This document shows positions 45,200 through 54,547 of a DNA stretch of 60,075 nucleotides, piece by piece (position 1 is the stretch's first letter; each line of letters opens with the position of its first letter). Both the position numbers and the translations under genes were made by a program. This stretch comes from a virus (Duplodnaviria > Caudoviricetes), in the IMG/VR virus record IMGVR_UViG_3300046747_000237, positions 1-60,075 of that record. One strand, given 5' to 3'. The notes below the pieces were generated by a model. That model was not told where the DNA came from. It searched no databases and saw nothing but the letters and a program-made list of their open reading frames with translations.

Positions 45200-46470
45200 C
45201 CGAGCAGCAGCAACTCGCAGACCTCGACGTCGAAGCCGCGCTCGTCTCGGAAGCCCTGCGCCGCTACGACCGCTACGTCGCTCGTGGGCTCTCCCCAGCA
45301 GACTTCTGGGGCGAGCAGAACAAGCTCGTCCTCGAAGCCTGCGCAGCAGTCTGGGACCGCGGCGACCCAGTCAGCGTGGGCTCGGTCGCCCTCGAGCTGC
45401 AGCGCCGCGGGCTCAAGGTCGGCGCCTACCCCGGCGAGCGTGGCGTGGCCGAGTTCGCGCTGAACGGCGCAGCGGCGGTGCCAGACGCCGACCGGCTGCG
45501 AGAGCTCGCGAGACTCCGTGCGGTCGTGGACGTCTCGCTGCGGGCCGCTCTCCAGGCTCAGCAGCAAGACCTGTCCGGCGCACTGGCGACGCTCGCAGAG
45601 GTCGACCAGCTCGGCGCCAGCAAGCCCAGCACGCGCACGGGCGGCGACCTCGTGGACCGCGTGCTGAGCGGGCTACGCAACCCCGAGGAGTTCGACCAGC
45701 GTCGCGTGTACCTCGGGCTGCCAGGCTTTGACCGGGCGATCGGCAAGCTGCCCGTGGGCTCGATGCTCGTGGTCGCAGCAGACTCGAACGTCGGCAAGTC
45801 GCTTGTCGCTCTCGAACTGCTCGTGGGCTGCGCCGAGGCGAACGTCTCGTGCGGCTTGATCAGCCTCGAAGACCCCGAGGACATCACCGCCTCACGGCTG
45901 CTCGCTCGCTACACGCAGGGCATCTCGAGCCGCCAGATCTTGCAGGGCCGCGTCTCAGCCGACCCGAACGTACAGCTCGACCTGAGCGGCGCAGCAGCGC
46001 GTGTGAAGCGCCTCGGTGACCGGCTGCTGTTCGAAGACTGCACGGGCGAGAGCGAGCTTGAGGTCTGCGCCGCCATGAGCCGCATCGCAGCGCGCGGCGG
46101 AAAGCTCGTGGTCGTGGACTACGTGCAGGAGATCGAGGCCAGCAAGAAGCAACAGGACCGCCGCAACGAAGTGCGCTGGGTGGCTAAGCGGCTCAAGACG
46201 CACGCCAAGCGCCTCGGCGTTGTGCTGGTGCTGGTCAGTCAGATCGCGAGGCCCAAGGACGGCGACGAGTTCAAGCCGCCCTCGAAGCACGCCCTCAAAG
46301 AGAGCGGCGACCTGGTCAACGCAGCCGAGGCGATCGTGGTGCTCTGGCGCGAGTACGCAGCCGACGACGCGCCTATCTTCGCACGGCTGCAGAAGGGCAA
46401 GAGCGGCGGGCTCGGGCTCACCTGGGAGATGCGACGCAACACCGCCAACGGCGCGCTGGTGGAGCCATGA
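45196..46470 (+). CDS. dnaB: DnaB-like replicative helicase
   Basis: AADSNVGKS, SLE, VVDYVQ, LVSQ, LKESG motifs. Confidence 0.92.
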   Translation: MTEQQQLADLDVEAALVSEALRRYDRYVARGLSPADFWGEQNKLVLEACAAVWDRGDPVSVGSVALELQRRGLKVGAYPGERGVAEFALNGAAAVPDADRLRELARLRAVVDVSLRAALQAQQQDLSGALATLAEVDQLGASKPSTRTGGDLVDRVLSGLRNPEEFDQRRVYLGLPGFDRAIGKLPVGSMLVVAADSNVGKSLVALELLVGCAEANVSCGLISLEDPEDITASRLLARYTQGISSRQILQGRVSADPNVQLDLSGAAARVKRLGDRLLFEDCTGESELEVCAAMSRIAARGGKLVVVDYVQEIEASKKQQDRRNEVRWVAKRLKTHAKRLGVVLVLVSQIARPKDGDEFKPPSKHALKESGDLVNAAEAIVVLWREYAADDAPIFARLQKGKSGGLGLTWEMRRNTANGALVEP

Positions 46471-46820
46471 GCGCCGCACGCGAACGCAGCCGCCGAGCGA
46501 TCAACGAGTCGCGCGAGCTCTGGTACGAGATCGCCTGTCGCGACGAGCTGCAAGCGTACGTGACCGGCACCAACACGGAGCATGGCAGCGCACAGGAAGC
46601 GATCGAGAGCGTCGAGCGTCCAGCGCCTGCGACCGACGCAGACATCGACGCGCACATCGCAGGGCTCGCCAAGTGGGCAGCGGACATCCGCGGCTTCGTT
46701 GCCAAGGGCGGTGACAGCAGCGAGCCGTACGTCCGTGCGCGCTTGCTCGTGAGGGCTGAGGAGATCGAAGACCGCGTGGCGCAGCTGGTACCGGCAGACG
46801 CACTCAGGGAGGCATCGTGA
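46467..46820 (+). CDS. Hypothetical protein
   Basis: Coupled ORF. Confidence 0.55.
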   Translation: MSAARERSRRAINESRELWYEIACRDELQAYVTGTNTEHGSAQEAIESVERPAPATDADIDAHIAGLAKWAADIRGFVAKGGDSSEPYVRARLLVRAEEIEDRVAQLVPADALREAS

Positions 46821-46986
46821 CCAAGACCAAAGCAGCAGCACTGATCAGCATCGCGCACGCCCGTGCAGACCTGAAAAGGCGCGTGTTGGCAGCGCATGCC
46901 GCGGGCGACCTCGGCAACGGCGCGTGGCTGACGCTGGTGCGGGATGAGATGGCGAAGATCGCGATGAGTGCGAGTGAGGGGGAGCG

Positions 46987-47442
46987 ATGAGCGAGCAAGA
47001 CGAGAAGAGGTCGGCCCTTTCGGTGGACGAAGGCAAGATGGTTTTCCGCTGGCTGCACAGCAACTGCGGCGATCGGCAGACTGCCGCGCGGATTATCAGC
47101 AGACTAGCTGCCGATGCGGATCGCATAATCACGAGCGACAGCCAGCGGCTCGCGCTGAGCGACGAGACCAGAAAACTGCGGGATCGCTTGTGCGCAAGCG
47201 ACGCTGCTGTTCTGGCAGTCGGCCGAGAGCCTTTGCTTGCGATCATCGAAGCTCACGCCGTGGAACTGGGGGCTGCCCGCGCAGACGAGCGGGCGAAGGC
47301 TCAGGAGCTATTCAGTGCTCTCGAGCGGCGCATGAGTCTGCACGCGACGAACGGCGGCGACTGCCCCTACGAAGCAAACGCCGTGGGCATGTTCGCTGCC
47401 GAGCTCGCCATGCTCATCAGGCAGCTCCGAGGTGCACGGTGA
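46987..47442 (+). CDS. Hypothetical protein
   Basis: GGGGAG RBS. Confidence 0.55.
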   Translation: MSEQDEKRSALSVDEGKMVFRWLHSNCGDRQTAARIISRLAADADRIITSDSQRLALSDETRKLRDRLCASDAAVLAVGREPLLAIIEAHAVELGAARADERAKAQELFSALERRMSLHATNGGDCPYEANAVGMFAAELAMLIRQLRGAR

Positions 47443-48014
47443 AGCTCACCAGCACCAAGAAGCCGCGCAAGGCCAAGCTCGCCCCGAGCTACGAGCCCTG
47501 GGACTGCGTTTGCCTGGTCGTCGACACCGCCCAGACCAGCGGCTACGCGGTGACCGTCCGCGGCGAGGTCGTGGGGCACGGCGAGGTCAACATGCTTGTT
47601 GCCAGGTTGCCGGGCCAGAGCAGCCCCTGTGAGGCCGCTTGTGCCGCTGCCCTACTCCTGGCCCGTAATCGCGGCTTGACGGCCGTCCTGGTCTTCGAGA
47701 GGCCCTTCCGTGGCACGTCTCAGGGCGGATGGACGGGCAGCTGGCGGGCAGCGTGGCTCAGCGCGGGGGGTCGGAAGCGCGCCCAGGTCGGCTGCTACCC
47801 CAGCGCCTGGCGTGCTCGGGTGCTCGGCAACGGCAGCCTGCCGAGGGAGCTCGCGAGGGCTGCGGAGATGCGTGTCGCCCGGTCGCTGGTGAGCGGCGAA
47901 CTCGGCGGCGACGAGGCCGCGGCCATCGCCATGAGCCGCTGGGCTGCGCATGCCGGCGAGGTCGGCAAGGTGCTCCCGAAGGGGCGTGCGCCGAAGCTGG
48001 CGAAGACGGGGTGA
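47439..48014 (+). CDS. RuvC-like Holliday junction resolvase
   Basis: LVVDT..TSGYA, VFERP, PSAWR, DEAAA. Confidence 0.65.
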   Translation: MKLTSTKKPRKAKLAPSYEPWDCVCLVVDTAQTSGYAVTVRGEVVGHGEVNMLVARLPGQSSPCEAACAAALLLARNRGLTAVLVFERPFRGTSQGGWTGSWRAAWLSAGGRKRAQVGCYPSAWRARVLGNGSLPRELARAAEMRVARSLVSGELGGDEAAAIAMSRWAAHAGEVGKVLPKGRAPKLAKTG

Positions 48015-48037
48015 GCTTGCTGGATGGGGGGTGCGAC

Positions 48038-48610
48038 ATGGGGGTAGCTCTGCGAAACCACGACGACGAGACAGGCAACGTTTACCAGCTGCGACCGGCC
48101 CAGGCAGGGCTGTTCGCGGACAACGACGTCGCGTCTCGTCGCATCGATCCGAAGCGGCACGTTCTAAAATTCAAGGTCCGGTCCGACTGGGACGACGGCG
48201 ACGTGCCGCTCGAGCAGGCTGTGCAGCTGGGGCTCGACGACGCCAGCGTGGACCGTGCGCAGCTCGCGAGGGAGGCGACAGACGGGCTGCCGATCAGCGA
48301 CCGCGAGTGCCTGCGCCGTGAGCTCGGCAGCGACGCGTCAGGCCATGCGCGGGCGAAGTTCAAGTCCGAAAGGGACGCGACAGTGCTGGCGCTGTTCCAT
48401 CGGTTCAAGCGCAGCGAGGGCTACGAGCAGGCGGTGTGCTCGCTGTTCAGCGTGGTGTCGCTCGACCCGACGTACATGCGCGACGAGCCTCCGTCCTGGA
48501 TCTTGCGGCTCTTTTGCGAAGAAAAGCGGCTGCTGATGGAGACGTTCTGCCGGGACGGGGACAAGCGGATTGAGCTGGGCGACAGCGAAGAGAGCGAGGA
48601 CGAGGGATGA
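48038..48610 (+). CDS. Hypothetical protein (position of a late-gene regulator in lambdoid layouts)
   Basis: ORF after the resolvase; no motif recognised. Confidence 0.55.
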   Translation: MGVALRNHDDETGNVYQLRPAQAGLFADNDVASRRIDPKRHVLKFKVRSDWDDGDVPLEQAVQLGLDDASVDRAQLAREATDGLPISDRECLRRELGSDASGHARAKFKSERDATVLALFHRFKRSEGYEQAVCSLFSVVSLDPTYMRDEPPSWILRLFCEEKRLLMETFCRDGDKRIELGDSEESEDEG

Positions 48611-49257
48611 AGGTCACAGACGAAATGCTGGCGAAGTTCTGCAAATACGCCGGAATGATCGGAGCGCGCAACACATGGCCCAACGTGAGGACGGGGCTTG
48701 AGGCTGTGTTTGCCGGCATGCCGGAGCCTGTGCCGGGGCCGTTCTGCACAACGCAAGCCGAGCTGAACGCACTGGCCACGTGCCCGAAGCAAGCACAGGC
48801 GATACTCACCAGCGCCCTCAACAGGGCTCTGAGGACGACGAGTCCAGAGCAGCCGAGCGCGGAGTTCCCGTTCAGGCTGACAACGGACGAGCTTGGCGCG
48901 CTGTCGAAAGCCCGGAGGTTTATCGGCTACGCAGGCGACTTCATGCGGACTGACACGATGGAGCTCGTTGCAGCCCTCGACCGCGCCGTCTCCACGCTGG
49001 CGGCGCCGACGGTGGAAGCGCTGAGCGCGGAGGAGGAGGAGATTGTTCGGGACGCCGAACGCTGCTGGCCGGCCGCGACGCAGACGCCAGGTGGTCTGCT
49101 GATCGCCATCATCCGCAAGCGCTTCCCGAAGCCTGCGCCAGCCGAGAAGACGGCAGACGACCTCGAGCGAATCATCCGCAACGACTCGCGGATGTCTGAC
49201 AGTCCAGCGTGGAACGAAGCCCTGGCCGAACTCGTGCGACGCGCGGAGGGGAAGTGA
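48607..49257 (+). CDS. Hypothetical protein
   Basis: Coupled ORF. Confidence 0.55.
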   Translation: MKVTDEMLAKFCKYAGMIGARNTWPNVRTGLEAVFAGMPEPVPGPFCTTQAELNALATCPKQAQAILTSALNRALRTTSPEQPSAEFPFRLTTDELGALSKARRFIGYAGDFMRTDTMELVAALDRAVSTLAAPTVEALSAEEEEIVRDAERCWPAATQTPGGLLIAIIRKRFPKPAPAEKTADDLERIIRNDSRMSDSPAWNEALAELVRRAEGK

Positions 49258-49503
49258 CCTGGGTACGGCGCCCGCCCATCGAGGCCACAGCAGACCCCGA
49301 CGCGCCGCGCAAGGTCGCTGACTTGCCGGATTTCTGGGACCGGCGTCGACTGCTCGAAGGCAAGCCCGACACGTCGAGGTGCGCGGCTGACCTGCGACAG
49401 GCGCTCGAGGCGCTCAGCACGTGGGGAGACGAAGAGTGACCGACCCCTACGACGACGCGTATCTGCTCTACCGCCTCGCGCGGTACCGAGCGCATCTCGT
49501 CGC

Positions 49504-49533
49504 AGGCCAGTGCCGTCAGCTGTTCCGCATTGT
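49504..49533 (+). promoter_or_regulatory. Candidate late promoter for the GNAT-terS block
   Basis: AGGCCA-N18-CATTGT, ~40 nt before GTG49574. Confidence 0.4.
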
Positions 49534-49573
49534 CGCAAGTGGGCTGTTCAAGCCCGCGAGCAAGGCGGACACG

Positions 49574-50035
49574 GTGAATATCGAGATAAGCGCAGCGCAG
49601 CCCAATGAGCTGGGGCTGGTCTACAGCAGCTGGAAGATGAGCGCCCTCGACGCGCCGCACAACGACCCGCTGAAGTCGACCGGCATGGTCGGGCAGCACT
49701 TCACTCGCTACAACCGCGACGTCCAGCGCGTCATGCAGACACAGCCGCTCATCCTGGTAGCGCGCGAGCAGTCTGACCCGAGCTTCGCCTATGGGTGGAT
49801 CTGCGCGGGCCTCTACGACGGCGACTTGGCGATCCTGTACGTCTACACCAAGTACAAGTTCCGCAGGCTGGGGATAGCGCGAGACCTGCGCGACGCGGTG
49901 CTGTCGCGGTCGCCGGACAACGTGCGGCCGGTGTACTGCGCGAAGTCTGCGCACGACGAGGTGTTCGAGGACTGGGGGTTCACGTTTCGTGAGCTCGACG
50001 ATGTGTTGGGGACGAGCGAGAGGCGGGCAGGATGA
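49574..50035 (+). CDS. GNAT acetyltransferase
   Basis: LYVYTKYKFRRLGIARDL acetyl-CoA motif; start uncertain (49436 or 49574). Confidence 0.75.
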   Translation: MNIEISAAQPNELGLVYSSWKMSALDAPHNDPLKSTGMVGQHFTRYNRDVQRVMQTQPLILVAREQSDPSFAYGWICAGLYDGDLAILYVYTKYKFRRLGIARDLRDAVLSRSPDNVRPVYCAKSAHDEVFEDWGFTFRELDDVLGTSERRAG

Positions 50036-50301
50036 GACTGCGAGAACTGAAGCTGCGCACGGGCATCGACTCGCCCGAGCGCGGGCCCAACAAGACGATG
50101 CTGGACAGCCGCGTGCAGGACCGCTTCGTGGCGAGCGAGGCGCTGCAGCTCGAGGACCTGGGCCACTGCGTGCGCATCAGCGGGCCGTACGGCGTGCAGC
50201 GGCAGCCGTGGAGCAACGTGGCAGAGGCGTGGGAACTGGAAGCGCCACCATCAACAGGAACCGCGCAAGCGGCTGCGGCTAAGCCGCGGGGAGCGAAGTG
50301 A
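50032..50301 (+). CDS. Hypothetical protein
   Basis: Coupled ORF. Confidence 0.6.
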   Translation: MRLRELKLRTGIDSPERGPNKTMLDSRVQDRFVASEALQLEDLGHCVRISGPYGVQRQPWSNVAEAWELEAPPSTGTAQAAAAKPRGAK

Positions 50302-50534
50302 GCATGGCTGAGGAGCAGACAGCGATCGAGTTCCTGTACCGGCAGCTCGTCGATGGCGTACCTGGCGCGCCGAGGTGGGAGGGCGTCAGGTACAACAGAG
50401 AAACGGGGGACGTTGTCGTCGACACGTCGAAGGGGTCGTTCTCCATTCCAGGGAGCCTCGCGCGTCTTGATCCGAGCGAGTTCACATACGTGCTCGGCGG
50501 CGAGATAGACAAGCTGATCGCCGGGGCCGTCTGA
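50298..50534 (+). CDS. Hypothetical protein
   Basis: Coupled ORF. Confidence 0.55.
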   Translation: MSMAEEQTAIEFLYRQLVDGVPGAPRWEGVRYNRETGDVVVDTSKGSFSIPGSLARLDPSEFTYVLGGEIDKLIAGAV

Positions 50535-50998
50535 TGGGCGAGCGCTGGCAAAAGGACATCCGCGGTATTTTTCGCGGCGACGACCCGGGGAAGATCATCC
50601 GCGAAGGCGCCGCTGATTTGCTCGAGAGGGCAAAGATCAACGGCATCAAGCGCGAGCACAAGCTGCGCGAGCATGTCTATCAAAGCTCGCACTCGTTGGT
50701 CGTGCAGGTCGAGCAGATCCGGCACAACCCGCCGCTGTACCGCATGCGCACCACGCAGCCCCTCGTCGAGGGCGGGCAGCTGGTCGAGGTGACCGACGCT
50801 GACGAGAAGATGCTGGAGTGCGAGATGCGCATGGCCATTCGGCGGTCGCTCCAAGCAGCTGGCTACTTCGACGGCGCACCCTTCAAGGAGCAGTGGGAGA
50901 CGGCGAAGCGATGGGCCTCGAACGTGGTCATACATCGGGAAAGCGCGATCAAGCTTTTGGACAGTGAACTTTTTGCTGGGGAGCGGAGACGCTCATGA
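50534..50998 (+). CDS. Hypothetical protein
   Basis: Coupled ORF. Confidence 0.6.
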   Translation: MGERWQKDIRGIFRGDDPGKIIREGAADLLERAKINGIKREHKLREHVYQSSHSLVVQVEQIRHNPPLYRMRTTQPLVEGGQLVEVTDADEKMLECEMRMAIRRSLQAAGYFDGAPFKEQWETAKRWASNVVIHRESAIKLLDSELFAGERRRS

Positions 50999-51198
50999 CC
51001 GACGCACCCAAGAAGCGCGCGCGGCTCACCGGTGACCAGCGCATGGCTGTGGTGATCGAGAAGCAGGGTCGCGAGGTCGACCGGCTCGCGGTGAGGCTTG
51101 CTGCGGCGTCAGAGGCTCACCAGGAGGCTCAAGGCGCGTACACCAAGGCGCTCAACCAGCTGGTGCGTTACAGGGCCGCAGCGGAGCTCGAGAGCTGA
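50995..51198 (+). CDS. Small coiled-coil protein
   Basis: Coupled ORF. Confidence 0.55.
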   Translation: MTDAPKKRARLTGDQRMAVVIEKQGREVDRLAVRLAAASEAHQEAQGAYTKALNQLVRYRAAAELES

Positions 51199-51201
51199 CG
51201 C

Positions 51202-51699
51202 ATGGACATCGCACCGCCCGACAACCTCACCGAGCTCCTCAACGCACTGACGCTCAAGCAGCGCCGGTGGGTCGAGGCGTACTTCGGCGAAGCTGCGGGC
51301 AACGCGACCAAGGCAGCGCGACTCGCTGGGTATGAGGGAACGGACGCCGTGATGGCTGTCCAGGGGTACGAGAACCGCAGAAACCCTAATATTCAGAAGG
51401 TCACCGAAGCACTCACCGAGTGCGACGGTGGCGTACCTTCGTATCTCCAGCGGCTGCGCAACTTCGGCAAAATCGCGAACGGACGAGTGATGAAGACCTG
51501 GATCAACCCGGAGACCGGCGAGGCGAGCGACGTCGAGGTGGCTGCGGAAGCGAAGGACATCATCGCAGCGAACAGGGAGATCGGCCTGTTGGCGGGCAAC
51601 TACGTTTCGAAGGTAGCCCCCACCAACGCAGCTGGCGACGACTTGAAGGGCTGGACGATGGAGCAGCTGTTGGCACTGACGCAGCTGAAGGCGGGGTGA
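51202..51699 (+). CDS. terS: Terminase small subunit
   Basis: LTLKQRRWVEAY....NATKAARLAGY...G.EN..NP.I. Confidence 0.85.
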   Translation: MDIAPPDNLTELLNALTLKQRRWVEAYFGEAAGNATKAARLAGYEGTDAVMAVQGYENRRNPNIQKVTEALTECDGGVPSYLQRLRNFGKIANGRVMKTWINPETGEASDVEVAAEAKDIIAANREIGLLAGNYVSKVAPTNAAGDDLKGWTMEQLLALTQLKAG

Positions 51700-52131
51700 T
51701 GTGATGGCTTTTACGTTGCGATCGGACGCATTCGATCTCGTGGCAAAGATGGTGTACCGCGAGCCAGGACCAGGCGAAGAGCGCATAGGGTTTGGGACGA
51801 TGGGCCTGCGCTGGATGCGTGCCGAGGAAGACCGCGTGCGGAGCAGGATGGAGCGCATCTGGCTCCACGTGGAGTGACCATGCTGCAAGCGATACGAGAC
51901 TGGTGGCAGCGCGTGCTCGCTGAGCTCGAGATGCGGAACTGAAGGAGATCGACATGGGACTTTTCGGAAAGCTGTTCAATATTGCAGACCACGTTGCGAC
52001 GCTGCCTCTCGAGGTGCTGCGCGATGCGGTCGATCCTCGGCTCGATGGCCACAACACGGCCAAGCGAGTGCACAGGCTGATCGACGAGGTGGACGGCACT
52101 GCAGACGAGCGCGAGCGACGCAGGCGCTGAC

Positions 52132-52434
52132 GTGGACCGCTTCACCTGGCAAGACTGCGTGCTCGACGCCAAGCAGCACACGCTGACGGTGCAGGGCAAG
52201 CTCGTGCACATCGAGCCGCGCTGCTTCGAAGTGTTGTTGATGTTGATGCGTCGTGCTGGCGAGCTGGTGACGAAGCAAGAACTGCTTGATACGGTGGGGC
52301 GTGGGCAGAAAGTGAGCGAGGCCAGTCTGCACGTGGCGGTCGGCGTGGCGCGTAGGGCTCTCAAGAGCGGGTGCGGCTACCCGATCGAGAACGTGCCGAC
52401 GCTGGGGTATCGGTTCGTTGGCAAGGTCGAGTGA
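52132..52434 (+). CDS. Stand-alone OmpR/PhoB (CadC-like) winged-helix DNA-binding domain
   Basis: LD....L...G..V.IEPRCFEVLL.L....GELVTKQELLD.V...V.E.SL...V...RRAL...IENVPTLGYRF. Confidence 0.85.
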   Translation: MDRFTWQDCVLDAKQHTLTVQGKLVHIEPRCFEVLLMLMRRAGELVTKQELLDTVGRGQKVSEASLHVAVGVARRALKSGCGYPIENVPTLGYRFVGKVE

Positions 52435-52754
52435 AGCGCCTCCGCGACATCTGGCGCTTCCTCTGCGAGGCGCTCAGCGGTCGCTTGCTGGCACGGCTGC
52501 GCAATGTCGAGCTCAACTATGCGTGGCAGTGCGAGGCCAACGAGCGCTGGCTGCAAGAGGTGACCAACCTGCGAGGCACGACGACGCAAGACACGCAGCG
52601 GCTGACCAGGGAGCTCCGAGGGGTGCACGCCAGCATCCACGCGCTGGCTGTGCGGACTGCGGACGAGCGGCTTGGCACGGTGGAGCGGGCGCTCACGTTC
52701 GACGATGAGATAACGCCTGTCGTGATCGTACGGGATGCAGATAGTAAGACCTGA
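52431..52754 (+). CDS. Hypothetical coiled-coil protein
   Basis: GTGA coupling. Confidence 0.5.
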   Translation: MKRLRDIWRFLCEALSGRLLARLRNVELNYAWQCEANERWLQEVTNLRGTTTQDTQRLTRELRGVHASIHALAVRTADERLGTVERALTFDDEITPVVIVRDADSKT

Positions 52755-52795
52755 GTGTTTGTGCTATGGGCATGTGGACGAGCAAGGAGGCCACG

Positions 52796-53083
52796 ATGGG
52801 CGAGCACGAAGACTTGGCAGAGCGTCAGGTGAAAGCGGTTGAGCGGCAGAGCGACAACGCTGCGCTGGTTGGCGAGGCTGCAAAACAGCTGGCGGATCGC
52901 CTGTCTACCGTGCAAGCGGAAGAGTCGGCGCGCGTTGCTGCAGACCGCAAGCGCAACGCCTGGCGATACTTCGTCGCCGCCATCGAGAGTGGCCACGCTG
53001 GCCAGTCCCCGCTCGCTGAGCACGTCGCCAGGCGGGCTGACGCGTACGTCGAGATGGAAGAGTCGCGCTTTGGGAGGTTGTGA
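52796..53083 (+). CDS. Hypothetical protein
   Basis: AAGGAGG RBS before ATG52796. Confidence 0.6.
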   Translation: MGEHEDLAERQVKAVERQSDNAALVGEAAKQLADRLSTVQAEESARVAADRKRNAWRYFVAAIESGHAGQSPLAEHVARRADAYVEMEESRFGRL

Positions 53084-53892
53084 TGGGCTATGACGTCTTC
53101 ACCAAGCGCTGTGGTTGCGGCGCCATCCACCCGGTGCGCACCACCTGCGGTAGCTGCATCTCGCTGCGTCGTGCTGAGGCTGTGGCGAAGGCTGGGCCGG
53201 AGCAGAAGCGGTTCAGCGGCACGCAGTGGTATGTGAGCAGCCTCAAGGCGAGCGCGTTCAAGATGCCGCCTCCCAACGAGGGCGTGACCGTCGTGGGTCC
53301 GTGGTTGACGGTCCGGGCCGACCCGAATATGCCGCGCGACACGGCCATGCTGGTGCCGGCGTTAGGCGGCTTCGTCGACATGTCCGCCCCGGTCAGCAGC
53401 GCTGAGGTCTTCCGCCGCGAGCAGCAGTACCAGCGCGAGCTGGGCAACCTGCCGATGCTGAGCGACATGCAGCCGGAGAAGCCTGCGAAGCCGAAGCCAC
53501 GCAGCACCGTCGAGAAGCTGCGCGACGCCATGACGGGCATGCCTGCGGCCGAGGCGTACGACACGTTGAGGGAGACCGAGCGCCGGTACGGCGTGCGTGG
53601 CAGGTCGGCATGGTGCAAGCCGATGTCACCGGGTGCTTCCCTCAGCCCGCTTACAGCGGCCAGCGCCGCGAAGGAACGGTACATCGACGCCGACTGCAAC
53701 GAGGTCCGCGAGGCGCTGGGCGGCATGGTCGAGGACTGCTACGGGCAGCTGCGGCGCATCGGCGACACGAGCCCGGCTGTGCCAGGTCCGCTTGCGGTCA
53801 GGAGCGGTCGACAGCACGGCAAGCAGGAGGCAATGAGCAAGGCAGACGCGATGGAGAAGTGGTGCCGCGACATGGGGATACCGGTGCGATGA
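53080..53892 (+). CDS. Hypothetical protein (N-terminal Cys motifs)
   Basis: Coupled ORF. Confidence 0.5.
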   Translation: MMGYDVFTKRCGCGAIHPVRTTCGSCISLRRAEAVAKAGPEQKRFSGTQWYVSSLKASAFKMPPPNEGVTVVGPWLTVRADPNMPRDTAMLVPALGGFVDMSAPVSSAEVFRREQQYQRELGNLPMLSDMQPEKPAKPKPRSTVEKLRDAMTGMPAAEAYDTLRETERRYGVRGRSAWCKPMSPGASLSPLTAASAAKERYIDADCNEVREALGGMVEDCYGQLRRIGDTSPAVPGPLAVRSGRQHGKQEAMSKADAMEKWCRDMGIPVR

Positions 53893-54097
53893 GCTGGGTC
53901 GACGACATGCAGTCAGAGATCGACATCGCGTCCGGCACCATGGCCGACATGATGCTCAAGCTGATGTACCCGCTCTTCATCGGCCCACCTTCGCCAGAGG
54001 AGCACGCGGCAGGCATCGTGCGCAGCCTCATGTACGCGGCGGGCTACTCGCCGTACTGGGGCGTTGAGGATGGCGACGACTGCTGCGGGTGCTGCTG

Positions 54098-54388
54098 ATG
54101 ACCATCCGCAGCCCAGTCCCACCCGTCGGCGCCAACCACACCGAGTGGCACGCCGCGCGCGATGCAGAGGTGCGGGCTGACGAGTGCTGGCAAGTCCTGA
54201 ACGCAGTAGAGAACCTGTCCGACGAACAGGCGCACGCTGAGGACGGGTGCGGGCACCAGGTCATCTACATGGAGAAGCTCTACGAGATTGTCGCCGAGCT
54301 GCGTGGCCCCGTGCCAGTACCGCCCATCGACCCGCGTGCTGCGCGAGCCCTGAGCCGGCTCGTAGACAGCAAGCGAGGCGAACCATGA
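54098..54388 (+). CDS. Hypothetical protein
   Basis: Coupled ORF. Confidence 0.45.
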   Translation: MTIRSPVPPVGANHTEWHAARDAEVRADECWQVLNAVENLSDEQAHAEDGCGHQVIYMEKLYEIVAELRGPVPVPPIDPRAARALSRLVDSKRGEP

Positions 54389-54547
54389 CCTACTGGTGGC
54401 ACCTACTCGGCGTGCTGGGCGCGTTAGAGCGCCACTTCGAGACTTCGAGGCGCAGCACCAAGCCAGCGAGTTCGGGGCGATCCTGAAGCGTACGCGCGGC
54501 GCCCTGCAAAGGGACATGCTCTGCTACGCGATCGCCAACGGCTACGT

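Noticed and set aside
53800-53830. SGRQHGK resembling a terminase Walker A
   Set aside because: Isolated short match near the C-terminus with no other ATPase motifs
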